Below, one piece after another: positions 1-12,610 of a stretch of DNA of 64,000 nt. Both the position numbers and the translations under genes were made by a program. Position 1 is the stretch's first letter, and each line of letters opens with the position of its first letter. Source of the DNA: Harriotta raleighana (taxonomy: Eukaryota); the NCBI GenBank assembly GCA_050575255.1, contig JBNZDD010013315.1:47592-111591 (forward strand), given 5' to 3'. The notes under the pieces are model-generated. The model was not told the origin of the DNA and did no database searches. It worked only from the letters and a program-made list of their open reading frames with translations.

Positions 1-270
1 GGGGGCGGGGGGGGTGAGCAGAGAGCCAATCAGGGGTGGGAATAGAGAACCACTCGGGGCCGGTGGGGGTGGGTGTGGAGCAGAGAGCTGCTCGGGGCTG
101 GTGGTTGGGGGAAGGGGGGGGTCAGAGAGCCACTCAGGGCCAGGGGTGTGAGGGAGCAGAGGGCCGCTGGTGGTGGGGGGGTGGGGAGGCAGAGAGCCAC
201 TCAAGGCCGGGTGGGGGGCAGAGAGACGCTCGGGGGCGGCAGTGGTGGGGGGGGAGCAGAGAGGCGCAGG
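1..270. repeat. G-rich degenerate minisatellite (gcagagagccactcggggc + G runs)
   Basis: About six imperfect copies of gcagagagcc/gcagagagac separated by G tracts. Confidence 0.8.
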
Positions 271-680
271 TTTACTTAAAAAGTAAAGCTTTTTATTGCT
301 TTACTGCTAGTAAAGCAATAAAAAGAGAGCAATAAAGCAATAAAACAACAGCTAGGCTACATTACTGTGCTCTCTCTCTGACTCTTCTGTTATCTAAACC
401 TTACCCAAGGATGCATTGTGCGCGGGGCCAGCTGGCCTAGGAATCATTGTCTTGAGTCGGGATCTGCTGGCTCGTCAAAAGTGCTTGGAACCAACCAGCT
501 GAGGAATCATCGGATTTAGTCTGGAGCAGTCGGCGTCCCAACACATGTGCATGCGGGCGGGGGCCACCCAGCGAGTATACACAAATTTTAGGCTTTGTGC
601 GCAAAAAAAGTGATGTTTTTGTTTTGTCGCGTATACTTGAATTCACAATCGATAAAGTCGCCTTCGACGAGGTTTAACTG
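271..680. mobile_element. Right end of a pogo/Tigger-like DNA element; left end probably upstream of the window
   Basis: Ends cgaggtttaactg followed by TA; its reverse complement cagttaaacctcg resembles the TIR at 11839; CpG-rich relative to flanks. Confidence 0.5.
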
Positions 681-1148
681 TATGACAATGGATAAAAGAT
701 TGCAGATTTCTCTGTGATGTTACATTTTTAACTAAAACTTGGAAATGGTCATTTGAGATAATGTTGAGAAGGGCCAAATGGATCTTCGTTTTTCTTCATG
801 TATTTTAAGTTTAGCAAAGTCCCTACAAAGCTCAGATAGAGAGTATAAATCATGTCTTCAAAAGATTGTTGATAAGTCAGAGCTGCTATGGGTGGAGTGG
901 GAAAGGTTTCTGCCGTCCTTGTGTGTGATTCAGGGACAAACTGGGAATTCAATTTGCTGTGACAAAGGAAATGGCTCCTGCGAGGGAGGCTTGTGGTCTG
1001 GTAGCAACTCAGTTAGAATTATCTATTTGCCCAAAGCTGCTTACGTGAAGTCCTGGATTATTAGATACCTATCGACGTTCAGTGCAGCTCAGTACCGTGA
1101 AGTTCAGCTACATAGTCATTCCAAAGCCATTGAGAAAGCCGTATGATT

Positions 1149-1440
1149 GGAGCTCCTGTAGCTCAGTCGGTTAGAGCACTCGACTTACAAGCCTGAGACC
1201 TGTGTTTGAATCCAGGCAGGTCAGGGCGAAATCTTGGGCGAGTTTCCTTACTCCACACACACCTCACACACCATACACTCACACAAGCCAAATAATAATC
1301 CCTCCAAAAAAAACACAGTAATAAAAATTGGTCATTTTCAATCCATGACTGTTTGTGGGGGACGCTGCTGTGCGCAATTGGCTGCCGCGTTTCGCCCACA
1401 AATATACAGTCAATTCACTTTGCAGTATATTTTGTGAAGC
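1149..1440 (+). mobile_element. tRNA-headed Deu-domain SINE, 3' truncated, with internal CA-rich expansion
   Basis: A box tagctcagtcgg, B-box-like gtttgaatcc, Deu core gctgtgcgcaattggctgccgcgttt; homologous to the other copies in the window. Confidence 0.9.
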
Positions 1441-2299
1441 TCAAAGTTTCAGGAGTAGAATCTGAAAGTTGGGCTATTAGTTTTTCTTTGGTTTTATTTT
1501 GCTAATCTCATCACACTGGAATCTTACGCTTGTTCTTGTCTGCTGCGACCACAGATTGTCCATCACCCTGTTCATCTATACAGTATTTCAAAATCTTTCA
1601 TTGTGAAAGACTTGAATCTACAAAAATATTTTAAGCTGTGAGAATGAGAATGGTTCTTCCAACTGGATCTCAACAACATTGAATTACAAGCTTCGAAATA
1701 AATTTTCACATTTTTTTCCTAAATCATTTTAAGCCATCGCTGTGCACATAATATATTAGTGAGTTACATCAGGTTAAAACTGCCGGCTTTGATTTGTTCT
1801 CAGATTCTCTCACAATGTATTTAAATAATGATCAATCTGGTTGACTCTGGCCTTTCATTGCTAGGATATTTTTTCAGTGAATAATCAATAATACCAGCTC
1901 CATTCTCAGCGCTGCATATTCTTCATGTTTCCTCTCCAAACTAAATTACATTAATCCATGGTAATTTTCTCCAGCCCCGAGCACATCCTTTTAATGTTCT
2001 AGATCCATATCCACCCACTGTCATTCTTCCTTACACTGGATACCTCTCCTCAAATTTGATGATATCAACACATTTTATATTACCAGAAAAACCCAATGTC
2101 AGCTCAAAAATGGATTCTGGAAACAGGTTAACCACAAGTACCAGCAAAATTCCACTTGTCGATGGTGGTGGGGGGAGGTGGACTGGGCGTATACACATCG
2201 TGTTATAATCTAATAATAATATTACAGGGGAAGCTGGGGGCTGAGGTTAATACCTCTTGGGCCAGAAATGTAACCTTGTTCATATTGTAACAATGGAGT

Positions 2300-2739
2300 C
2301 TCCAAAATGCTAAAATGCTCCAACCTGCTCAACCCTGTACGCTCCCTCCACTCAGCCTGTCCCCAGCCTGGCCTTGCTCCCTTCCTTGCCTCCTTCATTT
2401 CCCGCCTCAAGATCCTCCTCTTCGACCGTGCCTTCAGCCACCCTCCTAACCCCACCTTCCCGCCCTCCACCTTCCCTGATCCCAACATCCCCCTCTCCCC
2501 CAATCAGGTCATAATCCCTGACTGTTGAGCGCCTTAAGACGTTCTCCCAAACGGAAGGCTCGTTACAAATGTCATTTTGTATTGTATTTGGAGCNCCCAC
2601 CTTCCCGCCCTCCACCTTCCCTGATCCCAACATCCCCCCCTCCCCCAATCAGGTCATAATCCCTGACTGTTGAGCGCCTTAAGACGTTCTCCCAAACGGA
2701 AGGCTCGTTACAAATGTCATTTTGTATTGTATTTGGAGC
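2300..2739 (+). mobile_element. L2-clade LINE 3' end; last 144 bp duplicated across an N
   Basis: SFISRLKILLFDRAF C-terminal motif and stem-loop tail; 2451-2594 repeated at 2596-2739. Confidence 0.85.
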
Positions 2740-3574
2740 GCTGTCTGGCAAACTTCCCACCGATTATTCATTTGCGACTACCCTTCCGACAGGATAAATG
2801 TATCATTTTTAACCAAAGATAAACACGCATTAAATGCATATTGTGCATTTTCCCATTTTAATTGGTCTTCTCTCTCACTTTGATCTGAAGTTGAAGCTTT
2901 TTTGCGGCAGAAACTCTGTTCATTGAATAAAACGACAACAACAACAACTTAGATTTATTTAGTGCCCTCCATGCCGGATGGCGTCTCAGAGTGCCTCAAA
3001 CCTGCCTATTAGCTGAGGATTGCTGCCATCACACAGTTTGGACTTCCTTGAGACCTTATCATCTGACTCAGAGGAGAGGCAGAACTATCAGGTGGTCTGG
3101 GCATGAAAATATCCAATAATAAAAGGGGTAAAAGAGGGTTTTATATACTTCTTACAGCCCATTGAATTAAAATGGTTCATGTTAATTTATTTGTGCTCAG
3201 AGGAACGTTGGCCTGGATTTTCTGTGAGCAGGTGGTAATGAGTTATTGCCAACAGGAGATTTGCCAATGTAATTTGTCCTGTGCTAGTAAGTGCAGGATT
3301 GGGATATTTAAATGATCTGCTGATGGAATTATGGTCAAAACTGCAGCTAATGCTGGTGCTAACGTCAAGGGGGACAGTCTGTTGAGGAAACACAGGAGCG
3401 AACGAGAAACGATCTTTATTATCAGAGGCAAGTCACTGACTGTCCTCTAACCAGCTTGTTCTCTGATGATGTTTAGACAATTTAAATGCTTAAAATGGCG
3501 AGAATTACACAACTGGGCCTGCTGGGATTATTCGGGTTGTTTAACCACAGTGAGGCCTAGCTCAGATGGCAATA

Positions 3575-3770
3575 CCTCTCGTGCTCTGAGTCAGGCAGTT
3601 TGGAGGCTTTGAACTCACTGCTGTTCCACCGCTGCACACAAAATTGGCTCTGCCACGTTTGGCTAGAAAATCGGTCACTACACTTCCTACTGACTCCTGT
3701 GAATCGCTTTGAGAAGCCCTCCTGATGAACGAAAGGATGCGATAACAGAAGTGATGCTTGTTATTCATTC
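3575..3770 (+). mobile_element. Old Deu-SINE remnant
   Basis: ctgcacacaaattggctctgccacgttt...gtcactacacttc...cgctttgag resembles the Deu core plus tail. Confidence 0.6.
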
Positions 3771-3894
3771 TTTTTAAATGAGTAAATTTAAATGCGGATC
3801 TGAATGTGTCAACCTCCTTGGCTCTCCCTCAGGCTGTACCAAACCACTCCGCCATCCAGGTGTTTGCCAAATATAGTCCAATTCCTTGTGAACT

Positions 3895-4003
3895 GTCCCG
3901 TTTCGCCCATATTCAATTCACATTACAGTAAATGCTGTGAAGAGTTTTGAGATGTCTAGAAGACGTGAAAAGCGCCATATCAAAATGGAAGGATTATTAT
4001 TAT
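3895..4003 (+). mobile_element. SINE 3' fragment
   Basis: Matches the family tail gtgaag...gatgtctagaagacgtgaaaagcg...ggattattattat. Confidence 0.8.
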
Positions 4004-4550
4004 AACCTTATTCTTCTGATTATTAATTTTGCGTTGAAGCTTATCCCTTTAATGTGGGTTACACTTCATCCTTATTGAGATTACAAGCTTGGCACTATTT
4101 AATTTTTCTTTAAGCTGCCAATATCCAGCTGTAGCATCCCTCTGGTTTTCACAATTACCATGTCAGCATCTCCAAAGAACGTCACCTCATTACAGTGATA
4201 TATTAATGTTTAATTTGGGATTAAGCACCCAGTTAACAGGAGCCAGTAGGATCTGTCGTCTTTCTCAACGACTTGAAAGGAGGTTTTTGTTATTTCAGCA
4301 CTATTGAATTATCTGGGGGTTGGAGAAGCAAGAGAGACTGAAAATCCCTTTTAAAAATAAATTTGGTGCAGAGTAAAGAGTGATGACATCTTTTGCAAAA
4401 TAATTTTGTTTTACAGCTTGTGCAAATGTAAATACAGAGATAAATTAGCAACTTGTTTCCTCTCTGAGTACTTAAGGAATATTTTCAAAGTAATTGGTTT
4501 GATTTTTTTTCTTCACAATTTTACTCAGAAAATAATGGAAATGAACTGTG

Positions 4551-4552
<2 letters not shown>

Positions 4553-4585
<33 letters not shown>
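4553..4585. repeat. (TG)n microsatellite
   Basis: Direct reading. Confidence 0.95.
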
Positions 4586-4586
<1 letters not shown>

Positions 4587-5124
4587 ACAAATTTAAATGT
4601 AACGTTTGGTTGAGCTCTCCANGACAAATTTAAATGTAACGTATGGTTGAGCTGTCCAGAACACCACCCAGATGAGGTGTGCTATATAAATGTAAGTTGT
4701 CATANTTTGGTTGAGCTCTCCAGAACACCACCCAGATGAGGTGTGCTATATAAATGTAAGTTGTCATAATTGTCTAGTGTGATTAGGTTAATTGAATATC
4801 AGATATAATTCTAAGACTCATTGAGTCTCTTACTGCAGTTCATGAGGAGAATGATAAACAATGCTTGTGTTTGGAGTTCGCCCTCTTGTGACATAATATT
4901 AGTGCAATGACAAGATTTCCTTCCGAGCATAATATATTAATGGTGACATTTGTGGATACTATTGTCCCAAAGGACATTTAGCAAGTGTCGAATACTCAAA
5001 AAGTCAAACTTCCAGTCAGCTTTATCTGAATGTTGCCGTTGTTTAAATTGGAATTTTAGTACCTTAATAAGATCTTGGGTTTGACATAATAAGAAAAATG
5101 ATATTATAATAATACTAATCATCA

Positions 5125-5340
5125 TAATAAGCCTTGTGTATGACATGGCACCTTGTTACTGTACATAGCCAAAACTTCTTAAACTGATGAGCGGGATACT
5201 CTGTAAAGTGTATATTTTCTGGGCAAAACACAACAGCCAATTGTGCACAGCACAGTGTCTCAAAAACAGCAATGGAGCAAGTGACCAATTTTATTTGGGG
5301 GACTGTTGGTCTCAGATAGTATCATGGAATATTTAACAGA
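5125..5340 (-). mobile_element. Old Deu-SINE remnant
   Basis: cagccaattgtgcacagca is the reverse complement of the Deu core. Confidence 0.65.
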
Positions 5341-5539
5341 TCTGTTAATAAATGAATTTGCTTCATTATATTATCATATATATTACGAGCACCAATATCA
5401 AAGTTCATCATGAATATCCCAGCATGATAACATGCTTGAAAAGTGCAGGAATATTTACCCTTGTGGGTAGCCGGAAGGAATGCTCTAGTCTGATTTCTGT
5501 CTGTTCCTAAATTCCTAAAGTCATGACAGATTGTGAAGC

Positions 5540-5790
5540 TAAAACAACGAAAGCAACGTCTATTTATATAGCGTCCTCCAGCAACGTCTCGGAGTGTTTA
5601 CTTGTGTTGCTTGACTCGGAGTTGGGGAGAGAGGCAAGGGGACGTTTTATGGTTTTGATCTGAAGTCAGACAAGGAGGTACAGAGGGATTGAGGATTTCG
5701 GAGTTTCAGGGAGTAACGGTGTAAAGCACGGACACTGATAGTGGAGCAGATGGGATGAGGGGACGTGCGGAAGGTCAAAGCCAGCAGAAA
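5540..5790 (-). mobile_element. Decayed L2 3' end
   Basis: caac-rich tail, tatttatatagcg motif and purine-rich body like the other minus-strand L2 copies. Confidence 0.6.
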
Positions 5791-6294
5791 GCTTACCTTT
5801 ATTATATCAATCACGATCAAGTCAATCCATAACCTGATGTGAAAAATGCGAAATCAGAAGCACACAATCTCTTGCAGGCTTTACAATAAATACTGTTTTC
5901 AGATGCAGCATTGTATTGTAACATTTCTGACATGAAGCCTGTAGGTTGATCAACAGCATCAAAGAAACAACAGTTTCTTTACAGTAAGTCCTGGAGTTAT
6001 CAGAACCCACCAGAATTGCTGATCAGGCCCCGCAATAAAGAAACTCAGAACTGAAAAATTCTATATCCAGAATCTACACAGTGATCAGATATGGTGGTGA
6101 TCCACTACTTAGATGAACTGATTTGCTCAGAGAATTAAAATGAATAGGATAATAAGAGGAGGTGGCCTGAGGCTCAGATTGTCACTAGATAAGTAAAATA
6201 AGCTTGTCAATCTGGTTCAGTGGTAGCACATTCACATCGGAGTTGGTGTGGGGATATTGCGCAGTGATCTGGAGTGAAACGCCAGGTTAATGGG

Positions 6295-6590
6295 GCCCTG
6301 CCCCACCCCAGCCCAAGCCTGGCCCTGACCCCACCCCCAGCCTTGCCCTGACCCCCCCCAAGCCTATCCCTGACCCCACCCCTCAGCCTGGCCCTGCCCC
6401 CACCAGCCCGACCCTGTCCTCCCCCCAGCCTAGCCCTAACGCCCCCCAGCCTAGCCCTAACGCCCTCCAGCCTAGCCCTGGTCCCCCAGCCTAGCCTTGC
6501 TCCCCCAGCTCAGCCCTGCTCCCCCAGCCTAGCCCTCCACACCCCCCAGCCTAGCCCTGACCCCCACCCCAGCCTAGCCCTGCCCCTGCC
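6295..6590. repeat. C-rich minisatellite (cccccagcctagccct-like unit) abutting an L2 fragment at about 6600-6740
   Basis: More than 10 imperfect copies; G4-forming potential on the minus strand. Confidence 0.85.
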
Positions 6591-6897
6591 AGCGGAGGTT
6601 GGATCTTCAGCCTCTGGAACTCCACCCCACAAGATTCGCCTGACTCCCTCCCCTGACCCCTGGAAGGCATATCTCATATCTTCCTCTTCGACCATGCCTT
6701 CGACTACCCTCTCACCCTTTCTGCCCTCCACCCTCCCTGATACTTACAATGAGAAGCTTTCACTGAAGGATTGTTAGGATCTGCTCCAGCTACACGTGTA
6801 TTGGTGAAAGTTTAACTTTTTAAATTGTTTCTTTTGAAATAAACCTTCTCATGTTATTTATCAATTTGGGTTTCTTTCTGTATCGAATGTCTTACAG

Positions 6898-6972
6898 ATA
6901 CATTGAAAACCAGAAGAGCCTGCAGACTTTGAATGCTTTTGACATGGAACCTTACATTGGACTTGAGAATCT
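6898..6972 (+). CDS. NTRK3: Trk receptor internal exon, LRR (YIENQKSLQTLNAFDMEPYIGLENL), 75 nt
   Basis: ttacag| acceptor and |gtaagt donor; phase 2/2; aligns to TrkC HIENWRSLHTLNAVDMELYTGLQKL as recalled. Confidence 0.92.
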
Positions 6973-7552
6973 GTAAGTAAGTCAATACAGTTAAGACGTG
7001 TGAAGTTAAGTTGCTCTGAGCAAGTGTTCCAGGTTTAAAGTCCAGCAGGTAATTCAGGACATAGACAAAAAGGTGCTTGTTTTACTCAGAATCCTCTTCA
7101 ATTCCGGAAATAGCTTTTAATTAGAACAGTTTCTAACCTTAAATTTGCACTGAATCATTACATTATGGATTGTGCTGAACTGGTATGAATTTGAATATCC
7201 CATTTAATTTCACTTAAGGTGATAATCCGTTAGAAACACAGCATCAACTTCTACTCGAGTGGTAAAAGTTAATAATAAAAAATTAATAAAATAAAAGGAA
7301 AGCCCTTGTTTGGATATCTGTAGCAATTATACTGCATCTTTACACATTAACTCTCAAACCTTGTCTTCTACTAAAGGTGTTAGCAACATTAAGCAAGTGA
7401 ATTCCAAATCATTAATTTTGTGTCAGATATTCTATTTGCTTTTTTAAAAAGAAGCTAAATTAATGAATAGTTTGTAGATATCATTGACTAATAATAATAA
7501 TAATAATCCCTCAAAAAAAAATTGGTCAATTCAAACCCCGACTGTTTGTGGG

Positions 7553-7862
7553 GAGGAAGGAGGGAGGGCAGAGAGATAGTACAGTGGCTAAAGGCACGGT
7601 CGAAGAGGAGTAACTTGAGTTGGGCCTTAAAGAGGAGGCAAGGGATTGAGCGAAGTGAAGGGATTGTGGAGTGCGAAAGAGTGGGGGCAGAGAGGCTGAA
7701 AGCCCGGCCAGCGATGGGCAGGGCAGGTCGGGCGGGAGACATGGAGCAGGCCGGAGCCCGCTGAACAGAGAGTAGATAGGGGTCAGTAGGTCAGCGAAGT
7801 AGGATGGGGCAAGGCTGTGGAGGGCCTTGAAATGAGGATGAGAATCTTGAATTCTAACCATC
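7553..7862 (-). mobile_element. L2 ORF2 C-terminal fragment, joined to a SINE internal fragment at about 7488-7552
   Basis: Minus-strand frames give FKALHSLAPSYFADLL and FKAQLKLLLFDRAF. Confidence 0.88.
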
Positions 7863-8269
7863 AGTGTATTGAAATTATAATTCTTGACAGGCTGTCTTCA
7901 GCAATTCTGTTCACTGCAATAAGGTTATTCTAGGATTTAAGATACTGCACAGAGCAACTAAACTGGGAGTGAGCACATACTTATGGAGGAAATGAGGAAC
8001 TTACTGGATAAGAGACTTTGAGATCTTATTAAAGTTTTTTACATCCTACTTGGTGTAGAAATCTAGAAAGTATCCTCTTCTGAGGGGGAGCTAAACTGGC
8101 TCCAAGGTGATGTGTTTGGCAAGCAGTGCAGCGGGAAGTAAGGCCTGACAATGTTCTCGATAACAAGCTGTGCAGCTTTAGCTGGTGAAACTCCAAAATT
8201 CCACAGCACACTCTGGGGTCTCCAAGGCTCGCTTCTTGCCAAACTACAAGAACTTAATATTCACCGGAA

Positions 8270-8450
8270 TTCGGTAAATCAGCCCATTCGGCCCCAACCA
8301 GTCTGGGTTTATACTCCCTCCGCCCACTCCTTACCCCCCTCATCTTTCTATTCCCTTCTCCCTCTAGAGACATCTCTAGATAAATATCGATGGAGGGTGT
8401 TTCTCTGGGGAGAGGGTTCCCATTCCATTCCATGTATAGGAATTCCATGT
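8270..8450 (-). mobile_element. CR1 LINE 3' end, decayed
   Basis: gcccattcggccc is the reverse complement of the CR1 tail gggccgaatggcc seen at 33972. Confidence 0.65.
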
Positions 8451-9478
8451 GTAGGTGGTGTGTCTGGAACGCAGTTTAGTTTGGATGCTCTTAGATATAA
8501 TGATGTCGAACACCAATCCAGTTGATCAAGAAAAATATAAAAAAGACAAGCGGTTAAAAATAATCCTTGCATTTGATATAGTGCCTTGTCACATTCTCCT
8601 GAAGGCTGAAAATGCTTCACTATGTATATATATAGGACATTGTAAAGTAAATTAACTGTATTTTGTGGGTGAAATAATGCATGCAGAAGCAATGTCAGAT
8701 TGTATTTGAAAACACCATGATCTACCTGGATCATATCGACTCAAGTGTTGCCTTTTTATGTTTTTCAATGTGCGGAGCTTGATATTGAGGGCTTTGTGTG
8801 ACTGGTTGGTGTGTTGTGTTGTCTTTGTCGTCTCTGCATTCAAAGGGGAAAGAGCAGGGAAGTAGCAGATCCTTTTTAATAGTACATTATACCAAAAAAC
8901 TAAGGTTTTTTTCACAAGTTCAGCTGGGTTTGTGAGCTGTCCCTTTCATCTTTGTTTGCAAGTGACTTGTCTCTGGGCTTATCACTGCACACACTGAGCT
9001 AGCATTACAGGAACGCTAGCTGCCTAGAGACACCATTCTCTCTAACACTCGCTCCGTAGCTCTTCAGAAAGTGCCAAGAATGATTCAGATTTCCAAGTAA
9101 ATATTTATTCTCTATAACAGAAAATACAATAGCCTGATCCATGTCTCCTGCCTCACATAGAAAAAATTAGTTCAGTTTAGCTGTAAATAATAATAATAAT
9201 AATCCTTGCGTTTGATGTAGTGCTTTTCACAAAGAGCTTCTGTTCATCTTTATACTTTAATCTGAAGGTATCAAAATTTAGTTTTAATTTTTCACACATT
9301 GTGAAATTTATTTTAGGATTTAAACCTTGTATTATTTCACTGTTGAATTCATTGTCAATATTTAATCTATACTGTGAATTTGTGTTGTATCCAGCTCTGT
9401 GGCTTGATACCAAGTGAGAATATATCACAATTATTAGCACAGAAAGTTTGTAACCTTCTCATTTGTTCTCATTTCCAG

Positions 9479-9550
9479 GACAATCATAAATTCAGGACTT
9501 CGGTCGATCTCTCCAAGAGCATTTGCCAAAAATCCTCACCTTCATTACAT
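9479..9550 (+). CDS. NTRK3: Trk receptor internal exon, LRR (TIINSGLRSISPRAFAKNPHLHYI), 72 nt
   Basis: ttccag| and |gtaagt; phase 2/2; close to TrkC TIKNSGLRSIQPRAFAKNPHLRYI. Confidence 0.95.
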
Positions 9551-9804
9551 GTAAGTCATCATAACCCTACATTGGAATTTATGGTGGGTTCCATCTTGCA
9601 TGTTTGAATTCGGATGCGGAGGTAATCAAGATGACGTATTTCTCTGGAGAATTAAAGGAGTGATCTGAGTAAAGACAATACCAAACTGTTGCTTCTCTTT
9701 AGGCTAGACTCTCTTTAGACTAATGTCCCTGACAGATTAATCTGATGTTTTTATACTATAAGAAATGCAGGTTAAGGTGATAAATGAATTACCTTTTATT
9801 TATG

Positions 9805-10115
9805 AATAATAATAATAATACTTACATTTGAAATAGCGCTTTTCACATCTTCTAGATGTCTCAAAGCGCTTCACAGAATATCCGGTACTGTAAACTGAAT
9901 TGACTGTATATTTGTGGGCGAAAGCGGCAGCTAATTACAGCAGTGTTCCACAAATGGAAGTTGATTAAAATGACCAATTTCTTTTGAGGGATTATTATTA
10001 GGCATGCAGAGTAAAGAAACCTCCCCAAGGTTTTGCCCTGATCTGCCTGGAATTGAACCCAGGTCTCCCTCCTGCTTGTAAAGCGAGTGCTCTATTCACT
10101 GAGCTACAAGGCTCC
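9805..10115 (-). mobile_element. Full-length tRNA/Deu SINE
   Basis: Reverse complement of the family from the (AAT)n tail to the ggagc head. Confidence 0.92.
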
Positions 10116-11608
10116 AATGGGGTGACAAACTAATAGATATTCCTAAAGCGTCAGCAGTTTCTGATGGAAAATATTATGATGTAAATATTTGATGCAGTAG
10201 AGTCCTGTGCCAGAGAGAGATATATAACCACAATCAGTGAATAATATCAGGACAGTGAAATGAAAGTGACAAATAATAATAAAATAAGAAATAAGAAAGA
10301 ATGGTGATGGATGTAGTCCATAGTCTTGTACTATATGACAAATCTTCATTACCTTCCTCTAAATCAGCCGGTTCTTTAAGGCTGTTGAATCCAGGGATAG
10401 ATTGAGTGCCAGAGACAGAAAATCATTTGCGTTTTATTTTTCTTATGATGGCAGTTTGGCGAAGGCTGGTCATGGTGTGAAATAGAACCTGGATGAACGC
10501 AGTATAGATAGAGTTCAGGTTTTCATCCTCAATGCTCCAGCTGTTTTACGTTCATGCGATGTTCCATTTGCAGTGGTATGATCTGCTTGCTCTTGTGTGA
10601 TATTATTACTGCTCCTGCTGTCAATGGAAATTGCTGAAAACCAATCATATAGTTTTTACCTTGTGTCAAGGTTTCTATGCTGGTGTGGGCAGGCAGGCAG
10701 CCAGCCAGGCCACCCATAATCTCTGATACATTTCCCGTTATACAAGCTAAGTGCTGGCATTTTTACCCATTGCACACTAAACTGTTGGATGAATGTAGGC
10801 GGAGCGTGCAAACTATTATCTTTGAGTAGATTGTGATTGGGGAAATTGTTGGATTAGAATATATAGGGACTGCTGTGTGGATAAAGAATATTATCTTACT
10901 CAATCTCAGGCACATCTACAATAGAATCAACAAGAAGTTACTGTAGTTTTGTCTGGTTTGTCTCGGTGATCAGTTTAAGGCTGCATTAAATTATATGTGT
11001 GTTGAGTGATTCATCTTACAATAGTAGGTTACCCATGATTAACTTCTTTAGTTATTTTTTCATCACAGATACAAATTAAAGTTGTGTGCCTCGTGTACAA
11101 TGATCTTACTGTACAAACACTGTAATAAATCTTGTGGTTAAAAAGTTATTGGTTTTATTGAATTTGTTGCCACAAGTGGCCTGCACTAATTGATTACTTT
11201 ACGGCACTGATTTTAGGAGCAAATAGAATGGTGTATTGTAAACCAAGGCCCCTGTTTTGTTGTTGTGTTTTACATGTTCTGGTTGCCAGGAAGGGCAGCT
11301 GTCTGCTCTGTTCTAATTTAGCTAAATCTGACGCCGGTCGAAACTACAAATGACATGAGCAATCGTCAGTAAACCAGGGGGTAAATGCCACCAGGATCGT
11401 TGTTTAATAATCCCTGCTTTGGTTATATGTGTGGGCACACAGGTGTTCTGTGATGTACTTTGAGATATTTTTAGATTGGTGCTTTTTCAGTCCCTGTTGT
11501 TGTGGTCCACTGGAGATTTGGGTGAATTGGAGCTGAACATTTAGGATGTGGCATTGATCAGCAACATGGAATAATTTGCTTCTAGATTTCAGGCCTATGT
11601 CATTATGT

Positions 11609-12287
11609 AGTTCTGTAGCTCAGTGGTTAGAGCACCAACCTTGCAAGGTGAGTGGGTTTGATTCCAGGCAGGGCGATATCTTAGGCAAGGTTTCTCACTC
11701 CACACTCCTAATAATAAGTCACTCGAAAAAAACGTAATAAATTGATCATTTCAATCCACAACTGATTGTGGGACACCGCTTTACGTAATTGGCTGCCATG
11801 TTTCACCCATAAATATACAGCCAATTCACTTCACAATACAGTAAAACCTCGTTTATCCGGCACGCTTTGGGGGGGTCGACGAATAAATGGGGGACAAGTC
11901 GCCGAAAACCCAACATAAAAAATTAACTTATTTTAAAACATATCATGTTAATAATAGACTACACAGTAACAGAATATTGTGTGGATACTTACCAATAAAG
12001 CATTCCAGCCCAGTCGGGGGAAAAATCACTAAAACAGCATTTTTTACCGATCGGTAAAAAACCCAAGTTCGGAAGTTTACGAAGTGCACATGGTCACACA
12101 TTGCACGCATGTGCAAAGTGAGCAAACTCACGATTCTGCAATGGGGAATTGCCCCGGGAGGGGATCGAGCAATTGAATCGGGTTACAATTGATCGGGTCA
12201 CGGATGAACGTGGTTTTTCTGTATATTCTGTGAAGCTCTGGAAGGTGTGAAAAGCACTATAATCAAATGCAAGGATTATTATTATTA
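11609..12287 (+). mobile_element. tRNA/Deu SINE split by a MITE
   Basis: Head and core 11609-11838; tail 12222-12287 resumes at the expected consensus position. Confidence 0.9.
11839..12221. mobile_element. 383-bp pogo/Tigger-like MITE (Tc1/mariner superfamily)
   Basis: TIRs cagtaaaacctcgtttatccg and cggatgaacgtggtttttctg (18/21 match); TA on both sides (11837-11838, 12222-12223). Confidence 0.9.
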
Positions 12288-12294
12288 ATGGATG

Positions 12295-12610
12295 TTATTA
12301 ATATAATCTTGGCATTTTGATATAGTGTCTTACCACCTTGTCAAAACTCCTGAAAGCACTTCACTGGATAGAATATACTCTAAAGTGGATTTGACTGCAT
12401 TTTGTGAGCAAAATACGGCAGCCAGGTTTGGCTTTGCAATGTTCTGCAAATAGCCATGGATTGAGGGACCGATTTTATTTAGGAGACTGTTGGCCAGGAC
12501 ATCGGAAGAGAGAGAGAAACTCCCTTCACTTTTTGGGCCATGCTGCGGGATCTTTAATCTTCGTCTTAACAGGTCGACGGGACCTTCATTCAATGTCCCA
12601 TCCGAGGGGC
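12295..12610 (-). mobile_element. Older, longer Deu-SINE, tail-to-tail with the preceding SINE
   Basis: Reverse-strand tail and core, plus gggatctttaat...tcccatccga segment typical of Deu/AmnSINE-like elements. Confidence 0.7.

Noticed and set aside
2451-2739. 144-bp tandem duplication
   Set aside because: The copies are separated by a single N (2595) and differ at one base, typical of an unmerged contig or haplotype overlap
3715-3745. ctgatga..gaaa hammerhead-like core
   Set aside because: No stem II and no compatible stem I; lies in an old SINE tail
4586-4768. Overlapping short direct repeats
   Set aside because: Bounded by single Ns at 4622 and 4705 next to a (TG)n tract; assembly artefact
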